Source of the DNA: Thalia democratica
Lineage: Eukaryota
Direction of reading: 5' to 3'
Assembly (NCBI GenBank): GCA_965202585.1
Contig: OZ241830.1
Span: 63,550,001-63,614,000, forward strand
Length of the DNA: 64,000 bases
A program made the position numbers and the translations under genes. The notes beneath the pieces were generated by a model that was not told where the DNA came from, searched no databases, and saw only the letters and a program-made list of their open reading frames with translations. This document shows positions 52,890 to 64,000 of this stretch, in pieces; position 1 is the first letter of the stretch, and each line of letters begins with the position of its first letter.

Positions 52890-53640
52890 ATACATCTAAT
52901 AGGTACGCAATCTAATAAGTACGCACCCGCATAAGGTACGCACTAGTTTTTTAATAACACATTTTCAGTTGCAATCAAAGGTCTTCTTTAAGGAGTACGC
53001 ACCCGCATAAGGTACGCACTAAACTTTTAATAACACGTACTTGCATTAAATAAATATGTTATATAAAATAAGGTACGCACCCGCACAAGACACGCTCTGA
53101 ATTTTTAAAACCCATCACCCATTTTGAAAAAATGGGAAATCCCCCAAACCAAAAATGTGGTGAAATTTTTTGATGGAGACTATTTAAAATTATTTTTTAA
53201 GGCATAAGAAAATTTTTTACCTTTTCCTTTTCTCTTTTTCTTTACGGCCTATTCTCTTGAAGGCCCTCTTTTTCTGTCAAGTAGACCGTGAGTAGCGTAA
53301 CTGCCAAACAAATATACGTTATTGCGTTGTATTTGTACGGTCTTTATCTGTTATCTTTTACTAACCTTGAGCTTATGTGATCTAATTCATTGATGTGAAG
53401 CCATTAAAGGCCTGACGGTAATATCGGTTGATAGTTTTTTAGTTATTGACTGAGTGGTTTTGTATTGATGAGTTTGAAAGTTAAGTTTGAGGTAGCGGAC
53501 AAGAATTAAAAAAAAACATCGAAGGGCTACGGCCGGTTGATGACACGGTGCTTCGCACCTGTCATCTCCCCGGCCTGCCCTTAGTTTTTTTTAAATTCTT
53601 GTCCTTTAGGCCCGGTTACTCTGCTGGTCGGCACCCCTTT
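52890..53640. repeat. Unclassified GC-enriched element with a GTACGCA motif array and long fold-back structures (complete in copy 2; 53040-53580 missing in copy 1)
   Basis: GTACGCA at 52903, 52919, 52936, 52995, 53012 and 53073. Nested inverted repeats at 53497-53604. Copy 1 (about 25685-25875) joins aataacacgta directly to ttagttttt. Confidence 0.7.
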
Positions 53641-56600
53641 TAGTTATGACTTGGATGTACGAGTAAATGTGCTAGTACTTTTAAGTCATGACTGAATTAA
53701 ATTTTAACTTTACTAGAAGTTAAACTATCTATTATAATAGCTACTTTCACTCTCGCGTTGTATTTAAGGTAACAGATAAAACCAGTACAATTACTCCTGA
53801 GCTTAAGTAGATTACTTACTGAGTTTTAACCGTCACTAGTGTTAAAAGAGAAAGAAGTGGTTGGGCAAAAATTATTAATAATAAATTGCATTCTTAGCAG
53901 TACAAATCCATATACTTTTGTAAGTACTGTATGTATATCACTAATAGAGAAACTAAGCAAAAGTTTTCCATTTACATAAGTAAATTTTTATGTCTTAATT
54001 TGTATAAATAAATTTTGGCCATCTTTTAAATTAAACACTAACAAAATCCTATTTTTGTCCATAATTTTTCATTTAATTCGTTAAGATTTTAGTTTTTTTT
54101 TTATTACCTATTATTACGTCATAATCCAGTAGTCTCATAAAGTGTTATCTTACTAGTTTTCCTTTTAATTATAGAAATAAGTACATTACAAGTATGTATA
54201 AGACAATTGTGCTTTTTTGGAAACTAAACTTAAATTTTGTTTAATGCAGACAGTGCTATCACTAACTATCTATGCTAATCCATAACAAGCTTTAGATACT
54301 ATTTTGTTTAATTAAATCTTAGTTTAAAGTTCTTTATACTGCATGGACAAAGTAGTGCAACTCATGTATTATGAAACAACAACATTACTAACACTAATTA
54401 TATGTGCATAATGAATACTAGATAGTTTGTGCTTCAATTAGATTTTTACATATTTATATATACGATAATGAACTCATAATCATTTAATTTTGTTATTTAG
54501 TTATGATTGAATACTTTTTATCTTGAAATGAAGATCACCAGTTTAGTCTAAATTACCAAGTTTATCACTTAATTCGTTGTTAGTGATCCCTTTTTTGTTT
54601 TTTTTTAGTGTCTACATATCATTAAAGCTTGTTCAAACTACAGCTAATATCATTGATTATCATCTTGTTGCGGTGGTTTATTAGATTATTTTCAAAGTTT
54701 CCAAAAAAACTGTGTTTACTAAACTTATAACTTAGACGGATAAGCTGTTTCTTTTCAGTAATACATCCCTACTATCTTTCCTCTATAATCTGTTTTCCCA
54801 ATCTGTATCCAATGAGTTTTACGCAGAGTTTGTTTTTTATTGTTAAGTAAACCAAATAGTTACAAATTGATTAAACGATTACCAGCTTTATACTTTTGTT
54901 TTTCAATAACTACCGTTATGCCAGTTTAGTAACTAACTATTTTTGATGTCTTAGAAACTTATCAACATAAATTTTTGTAGCTTTATATCTCGTTATTTAA
55001 GCGTAAGTTCTTATTTTTCTTTATAAGGTTGTGTATACCATACATTATATTAGTGGTACTTTTATTTGACAACGTAAACTTGCTGTCAATGAAATTGAAA
55101 AACAAAAAATCTCTTTGTCCTTTATTTTAATTATTATTCTTTTGCATGTATGTATTTATTATGTAACATTTATTTTTCTTGTTTAATACTATTCATGTTT
55201 TTTTTAAATGAAGACATATTGTCTATTTAGAAAAGAAGGGTAACAGTTTTCTCTAAACTGTAATGCGGCATCATGTAGTTCTGCCTTATGTTTTTTAGTT
55301 TGTTAACAAGTCAATCAAAATTAACTAAATTAAATTCTGTATTTATCTTCACAATTATGAAAGTTAACTAATTTTCTCTGTTATTTTTCTTTGCTTTTCC
55401 GATTATTGATATTTTTTGTTTGTCACCAGTGTAATATTTAATTTAGGCAAACGTTCATTGGCTCTCGATTTTTAAACATACACTTGCAACATACTTGTTT
55501 AAACAAATTGCTTTATTTACCAATTAATTGCACAAACATGTGATTTCAGCTTTTAATAAACCAACGTTAAAAAAATAAAAACAAATTATTCCTTTATTGT
55601 ACCGTTTAAAAAGTATTCAGTTATGGCAACAGTGGCTCGTAAATTTTCTTCAATTTTGTCACTATTTACGTTGTTGCGTTCATTTCAATTAATATAATTA
55701 TTAATATTGGTTTAGAATATAACAAAACTTTGGGTATTGTTGTAAATTATGTCTCATTCGTGATTAAACACACCTTATTCTCAACAAGATTAAGAGTAGA
55801 TCCAATTTTGTATTTTAAGTTAGTAGCTCAGCATCTGTAAAATTAATTAAAAGCTAGTTTAAATAACATTTTATACGGTTTCTCTTTTAAATCAATAGCA
55901 TTTGTTTATAACTCTAAAACGTTATTACATTTCTATTTTGTAGTTTCGTATCTAATTCTACTTTTAACCCTAAGTTAACAAAAGGCTGAATAGATCTTCA
56001 TTTACATTTTTTTGTCTTAGTTTATCGAATGTTCTCTACTAAATTCAATCTGCTATAAAATAAGTAAAAACAATTCAAATTTTAATTGGCTTCTAACTTT
56101 ACGTTTTATTTAATACTGTTGTTTCACTGGTTTGCGAAACTAACTCAGTCATTTTTTATTTCAGAAGTTTTTTCTTTCAAACCTACAGTATATGCAAGAA
56201 CATACGTTAGATTTTTATCAATCTGTGCTTAATATCAATTTTATTAAACCAGATGATTACGGATGTAACAGTTTTTTCCATTAATTTCATTGATTTAACT
56301 TCATAACGTGTATCAAAACTAGTTTTATGGCTTTAATTTTTTTTTTGTGTTAAAGTCTGTTGTAGTTGCCTTGTTTGTTATTTATGCTTGCGAAGTATTA
56401 CTTTAAATTTTTAGTTTGGCATTTATGTTTATGCTATAAATTTTTACTTCTTTGGCTAAGTTTAACATTAGATCATTCAATTTTGTTTAAGCTACTTGGC
56501 GATTCTTTTACGTTGTTTTACAAACTTTTTGTTTCTTCATAAGTGTGGAATTTATAAGTATATTATGAATTTTCTTGTTTAATTTTTTTGATAACCCGTT

Positions 56601-56762
56601 TAAAGTAGGTAAAAGCCTTAAATTTTAGCTACATCCTATTGGTAAAAATACTTACTTAAGTATTACAATAAAGTTAGTAGATTAAACTTGCTTTCCGACT
56701 GAAGTACTAACTATTTTGTTGTATAGCTTGCTTTTACTATAGAACCATACAAACATAGTTGT

Positions 56763-59700
56763 GCTAACACTTATGATATATTACAAAATTAATTCATTAC
56801 AATAACCATGCAAAGCAAATAAAGTTTAAAAAAATGATTTAAAATCAAAACTACCAATTAAGTTCAAATTTCTCATAATAAACGTCTTAAATTACCCACG
56901 TAGAATTAAATGCTTTATTATAGTACGAAAGTTTTTTTTTTGTTCATTTAATTTAGGTGTTTTAGTTGAAATTTATGTTTGTCTTACACCCAATAATATT
57001 ACGTCATTATATAGTCTCATTAAGTATATAATGTTTCTTTAAATTTTAGTAATATATGCTTTAAGTGTCCAAATGTATGGATGAAGAGCTTCTTTTAATG
57101 TTTTATTATAAACCATTCACGTTCTTGTTTTTTCATTTTTGTTCGTAATTTAGTTTACTATTTGGTTGGTTTGATTTTGGATGCATTAATCAATAAGAGT
57201 TATAATGTGGAATGGGTAATTTTACTTACATCTAAACGTTAGATATTTAGAAATCTATGCATGTGTTTATTTAAGTGAAGCAGTTATTTACAAATTTAAT
57301 ATTTTTTTCCTTTAATTTTACTTCATAACGTAACTCATTCTACAAGTAATCCTACTTTGAATTATCTTATCTAATTACTCTACATCTAATTTAATTAAAA
57401 ATTATGTGTATTGCCAATATAAAATTCAATTGAATAAAGCAAATGTTCTCTATATCTGGTTTTTAAACTTCTGCAACGTACTTGTTTAAACGAATTGCTT
57501 ACCTTACAAACTATTTACTAGAGATTTTAGTTTTAAATGAACCAAATTTTAATAAGCATTTAGCGTTCAATTGACGTATTTTTGTATTTCATACATAATG
57601 GTTTTGTCTAAGTTGTATTTTTGGAAAATATGTCAATAAAGTTGAAAACATTAAAACAAGTACTACATTTTGAGTTTTATGAAGTCTAAGCTGTTTGGTT
57701 TAACAATGCCTCTAAGTAATATATATGTTTCAATAATTAAAACAGTTAACAAAATCCTTTGTTATGTTTTATTGTCCATCTTTTCTTAACGATTCTGAGT
57801 TTGACTATTCATACTTCTTCTGTTTATCACCAATATAAAACTTGATTAGGCAAATGTTTATTAATTCTCGTTTTTAAATGTCTGCGAGTTTTACAAATGT
57901 AACTACTTCGTTGTAGCATTCATTGTAAACAATGTAGTTTTTTTATCGGATAAGTATTGGCTTTTTACAAAACTTGGAAATGGTTCAAAAAGGAGTTTTA
58001 ATAATGCTTTATTTCTTCCCTCTCAACGAAATTAGATCATATTTTAGTTAATGTTTCACTGTGGAAATTTTTAAAAGTTTGTGTATAAAAATGTTAGTAT
58101 GGTTTCTTATGAATTTATACTATAGTTTATCTATAAGTCTGATTTGTTATTATACTTTAAATTTATTATTTCATAATTTAATTCTACTTTGATAAATCTC
58201 GGTTAAAAAGTGGTTTCTGGATTTAAAAGTATGTTTTACTCAATGATTTAATTTACCTTAGCAATACTAAAGCTTTTATTTACCACTTCATTGTTTTGTT
58301 GTTGTTGTTGTTACAGTAAAACTGTTTTAAGGTTTGTTTAAAAATTAATCTACGGGTTTTCTTTAATTAATGTTGTTTGTGTATAAGTCTATTTTGCTGT
58401 TATATTATGTTTTTATTGTTTCGTAATCTACATCTGGCCCAAGGTTAAGTAAAGACTGAATATAGTTATGTATATTTATATTTAAAATGATTTTGTATGT
58501 TTTGGAAATCTAATAAGGTCGTTAAAGGTAGGATAAACATTGATTTATAAGTGAATAAAACTCTTGGATTAACTAAAATATATGTTCCACTCTTACCGAT
58601 TTTAAATTGTATCGAATTTTGCATTTTTAGATAACATATGATTTCTTATGACTGTCAAGTTATTTAAACTTTTGTTCAACCTGAACTAGTAGTGTTTGTT
58701 ATTGAGAGTTAATGCTGTTTCGTATTTAATTCTACTAACAGCCCAAAGCTAATTAAATACTTAACAGAATTTTATTATTTAACATATAGGTTTAAACTAA
58801 ATGTAAAACTTAATGTTTTATAGTATATATCCTTGGTGTTGTACTATGAGTGGTATAGTTTTATAGTAGACAACCTTGGTATTATTCTATAAGTAACACA
58901 ACAGTTTTGCGTTGTAGTTTAATTTATCAGTATCTATTGTAATTCATATTGTTAAATTACTTCATTTTATTTAATGCTAAGTCTCATAAATAGCAAATAA
59001 ATTTTTAGTTTAGTATTTAACTATCTTGTAGACTGTTTGTTTATAAAAGTTAGTTAAAAGTTGTTCATGTCACTATTTTAATTTAATTACAATTAGCCAT
59101 ACTACGTGTTATTTGTTTTACTTAAAATTTATACCACATGGATTTATTTGACAACAATAAAAACAATTTTTTAACAATTTTAAAACAGTTATTGTAAATA
59201 AATTTGTTAGAGTTAGACTTTAGATATTGTAATTTAGTGCGAAATATGTCATATAAGTATCAAATGATAAAACAAGAGTTACTAACTAAAATAACTGTCA
59301 TTCCAAATATATCACAGTTCGTCTATTTTTAATGTTCAAGTACACCTATAAGTCTTGTTTTCGCGTATACTTAAAGTTAATTATGTCACTATTTTAGTTT
59401 AATTACAATTTATACTACTTGTTAATATTTAAACAAGCCTTAGCTCTATATCACCATCATAAGTAATTGACAACATAGACAACATTATTAATGTTTAAGT
59501 AACTAATAAAGGTTAAATTATTTTTATTTTTTATCTTTTTTATTATTTCTTGGTTTAAAGCTTTTAATAAAGTTTAGGTTTTAAAATAGACATCATATTA
59601 ATGTTAGTAAACTAGTAAACTGTCCATTTTATTAGTCACTTAATTACAAATTATTACCCAAAGGCTTTTAAATGTTCTTAAGTGTTAAGATGACGTAACA

Positions 59701-62700
59701 ATCAAGTTACCTGACTTTAGTTTTATTTATTCATTCGCTTTTTGTACTAAAACATTATCAAGTCTATTTTTATCTTTCCTATAAACTGTTTAGATTCTAT
59801 CTTTAAAATGAGGAAGTTTTCTAGCTATTCATGACAATCAAAACCTTGTAAAAATCTACTTAAACTTGCATTAAATGATAATAATAATAACAATATACTT
59901 ACTTTACGTTTATCAAAGTTTAAACCTATAACTTATCTTACTAGTTACTAATGAACTAATGATATATATTGTATTGAAGTTAACTGTCTTTGAAAGGTAT
60001 AAAAAGCATCAAAGTGTGTCTAATGTTGTATTTATATACTTTTTTTAAATTCATCCATGGTACTGTGCTTATTCCAATAAAATATTTTGGGTCTCATTGA
60101 TAGTTGTCAAGCTTTTTATTTTAGGCATAAGCGCTACAAACTTGTAAACAATTTAACAATATAATAAACTAAATAAGTTATATTCATTTAAATTATAATG
60201 CTCGAAAACATGGTGTTTACATGTGGAATGATGGCGTAAAGGTCATCTCTCGTGTCTTTTGGTACAGAGACCCGAGTTCGAGCCCTCGCTGCATAACATT
60301 TCACCAACATAATTTCTTTCATTTTAAACTTTGTTAGCTTAGTTGTAGTTCTTATTTTTTAGTTGATGGATCAATTTATATTGAAGTGTGTAACTCATAA
60401 ACACTTTAATTTCAGAATTGTTTTAAAATACCGAAAAATATTAATTAAATTAAGATATATACTTGCGTTTACATAGACAAACTTTTTGATTTGGTAACAT
60501 TTAAATTCATATCTTTATTTTTGCTTTGTACAATGTTAGTCTGTTTCGAGTAAAGGTTAATGATATAATATATTAACACCAATAACAGCTTGTTCAAATG
60601 TATAGTTTTTTTTACGATTCTTTATGATTGCATTTTGATGGTTTGTTTTTAGCTAAGAATCTACACTTAAAATAGTAAACACTTTATTTATCGAAATCAT
60701 AGTCACCAAATGGTAATAAAATTTTTTTTTTGGTTTTATTTTACTTTTGGTTGCAAAACTGTTACTAATAAGTTTGTAAGTCTTAGTGATCCTAAAACTA
60801 TGTTCTTTTTCGATTAGTTCATTAAGTTGGTTTTAATTAAAAATATATGGGTCAGCGTAAACAGCATATGCTTGTTAAATATGCAATCGATAAATACTTT
60901 TCTATTGGATGTCTATTTTAAGTTTTAAATATTTAAGAAACTCATGAATCAGAAATCACAAGCTGTAAGCTTCAGTAACACACAAGGATCTAATCTTTAT
61001 CAACGCCGATATGAAGTCGCAATTGAACAACTTTAAAAAAAAATAACTATTTTTGGTTATACTAAAATACTTTAGATTTTACAACCATTAAAGAAAAACA
61101 AATTATAATAAAGAAAATTATCATAAAAATAAGTTAAGTTTGTTAAATTCCACAATAAGTTTAAATCAGTTTAAATCTTAAAAGCTACTTCTTTTATTTC
61201 AGTTAAAGAGCAAACTTATTTATTTATTTTTTTTACTTTTCCTACTATATCATTTTAAACTTGATCCTTTTAAAATAGATTAGAGATGGGTAACGTTTTG
61301 TATTTATACTATTTTATATGGTATTGTATACTTATTTGTCTATTAGTTTGGTATCTATAATATTTCAGCGCATGTAGCCCTTTTTGGTAAAAAACTCTGT
61401 TTTAAATTTGTTTTTACTTTCAATGTTAGTTTGAAACTTAAACTTACATATTAGCGTGAACACATCTCTAACAATAAAATTCAAGTTTGAATAATACCTT
61501 GAAAACAGAAAGTCCTCCAATTAAAGGGACACGCTTCGTTCCGACCCTAGCAAAATTCCCACCTTTATATTCCTCGAATCAAATAAGCTGACAAGCAGTC
61601 CGGTGGCCGAGTTTTTAAGGCGGTGAAATCGCAATCCATATTTAATGTGTTCGAATCCGACATGTGTCAGACTTTTTGGTTTCTAACCTGTCAATTTAAA
61701 ATTACTTGCGAGATGTTATTCTGTGTGTATGTATAAATAAAACTTTAAACTATTTTTAAATAACAATTTAATGGTTAACTATAATTAATAAAATAAAAAT
61801 TATCAATGTTTAAATTTGCCTCTTAGGCTAGTTGTTTATTTTTGAAGTTTTTGTTTTTTACTTTAGTTGACAAGTTATATTTAAATATAGTTAAACTAAA
61901 CTTTTTATGGTAGTCAGTTTTTTCCCAAGGTAAAATGTTCACTATTTATTTCTTTGCAAAAACTTAAGTTAAGTTACAAACGAAATTCATTCAAATTTCT
62001 TTAAGCCTTTTTTTTTTGATAATATATTCATTATAAATATAAAGTTTAATTTAGACCTCAAGTTAAACAATTTACGATATACAATCAAGCATCACAAAAT
62101 AACCTTTAAATTTAAATTAAATTACAAACAGGATTCATTCAAATTGCTTTAAGCACATTTATTTTATAATAACATACTATTCATTGTAAATATAAAGTTT
62201 AATTAAGACCTCAAATTAAACGAATTATAAGATGCTCCATAATCAAGTATCACAGTAGTTTGATTTTGGATGCATTACTTAATAAGAGCTATAATGTGGA
62301 ATGGGTAATTTTACTTACATCTAAACGTTAGATCTTTAGAAATCTATGCAGTTGTTTATAAATTTAGTATTTTTTTCCTTTATTTTTACTTTATAACGTA
62401 ACTCATTCTACAAGTAATCCTAATTTGAGTTATCTTATCTAATTACTCTACATCTAATTTAATTAAAAAACTATGTGTATTGCCAATATAAATAAATATT
62501 TTTTTCGCTTATAATAGACTAGTGTAGTTTTTTATAATTATACAAACTTCTATAACTTTTCTCTACTTAAAATAAACACTTTTTTTTGCTTACAGATACT
62601 TTTAGCCGCTTATAATTAATTCGTAATATTAAAAGTTGTCCAGTTTGTTTCTTATTCTTTGAAAACTTCTTTTGTTTTAGTTATAAATGTTAAAAAATAA

Positions 62701-64000
62701 AGGAAGTACTACATCTGAAAAATTAAACGACGAGTTTTATGACAACTATCTTGATGAAAAATCGGCAAAAGAAAAATTAAAAGAACAATTCATTAGAGTT
62801 ATGAAAAGTCTAAGGTACGTTTTAGCGTTACTATTTTTAAAAGCGTTTTTAATTTTTACTTGATAAATTAATACAAAACTTTGTTAAATAAGATACTTAT
62901 GCAATGCTGCTTATACTAATTCCTTTTTTGTTAGTTCTATTTAAAAAAAACTTCATCTCTGTATATAGCACAACTAGTCTACATTCTAAAATAACTATGA
63001 CCACTGTTATGTTATGAGCTACAAGGTTTTAGATAGATTCTAAAAAAACATAATTTTTTAAATTTATGCTTAAACAAGGTCTTTAAATAAGTTATCAATC
63101 TATATTGTACGAAGATAAATTCTTTAATGATTAAATTTAATTCTGGAAAGAAAACTAAACTGCATACTTAAAAGATAATAATATTATATTTAGCATATTT
63201 ATTATTTAAAAAGTACTTTTTTAAATTTTTATATCTAAATTTGTTTAGTAAAACTGGTACTCTAAAAAAAGAAACTAAAAATGAAATAAAATTGATCAAA
63301 GGAAAACTGATTAAGGAAGAAAGAGTAGAAAAAGGATCTGTTAGTTCTATGTTTATTATACTTATTTCAGTTAGTTTTTTTTTTTTTGTAAAAATAATGA
63401 AAAATATAGCGATGCGTATTTAAAAACTAAACAAAAACAAACATTTTAGACAACTATTTATACGCTTTTGCTATAGTTGTTAAGAATAATCGTTTTTTTT
63501 TTCTTTATCTGAAAAACTTATGACCAGGTGAAACTGTCCTTGCTTACATCGTATATCAAAGCTGTAGGAGTATCGATGTTTTCCATTGTTCTTACTACTG
63601 AATTTTTGTTCCAGGTTTGTGCTGCCGTAAAAAAATATAGTATAGTAATTAATAAATTTACAATTCATATTAAGTTATTAAAAAATAGATTTACATAGTT
63701 AGTTTTTGCAAACTTTTTTTCCTGACAACCATTTAGTTTATGGGCAGAGTTTTTATTAAGTTATAATGCAAAATAAATACAGATATTTTAACTAGAAAAC
63801 TATAGTTTCAAAAGCGAATAAATTAAAAATCATGAATTTTTGCATGAAAAATAACTTCCTTTTAAACTAACCCATGACCACTAATTTTTCATTATAACCA
63901 TTAATTTAGAAAAAAATCAGTTCCAGCTACTTTAAACTCTCCGTAACATATGAAAATAAGTAAATAAACTTTTGAACAACTAAAAAGCTTACATGCATTG
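56763..64000. repeat. Tandem segmental duplication, copy 3 (truncated by the window end)
   Basis: Colinear with about 1-7290 of copy 1. Confidence 0.97.
62687..63614 (+). CDS. ABCC: ABCC fragment, copy 3, first three exons (continues beyond the window)
   Basis: Exons 62681/62703-62814, 63249-63339 and 63528-63614 are homologous to copies 1 and 2, with the frame open. Confidence 0.85.

Noticed and set aside
53390-53600. Hammerhead, HDV-like ribozyme or SECIS element in the structured segment
   Set aside because: No CUGANGA/GAAA core, nested double pseudoknot, or tandem GA quartet with apical AA could be found by eye on either strand.

Overview
AT-rich, intron-containing eukaryotic DNA, most likely from an animal; nothing prokaryotic is supported. 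The window is about 2.25 head-to-tail copies of a ~28-29 kb segmental duplication (same-phase starts at 1, 29006 and 56763). The true unit junction cannot be placed from this window alone. Each unit carries two convergent genes. (i) On +, the 3' half only (14 exons: linker, TMD2, NBD2) of an ABCC/MRP-type ABC transporter. It has an in-frame ATG in all three copies, an open frame in copy 2 and a CAG>TAG nonsense change in copy 1. (ii) On -, a complete 4-coding-exon secreted CAP/SCP gene (355 aa) with an unusual Thr-rich linker and Lys-rich amphipathic tail. Copy 1 alone has a 1778-bp non-autonomous hAT element with two left ends and one right end, an 8-bp TSD and 46 CCGG motifs. Copy 2 alone retains a 541-bp GC-enriched, highly self-complementary segment that includes a ~108-nt rod hairpin. 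Older relics per unit are two decayed tRNA-like sequences, a probable Penelope GIY-YIG remnant, and weaker pseudo-exon and SWIM-like remnants. All gene models, translations and copy comparisons were made by eye.
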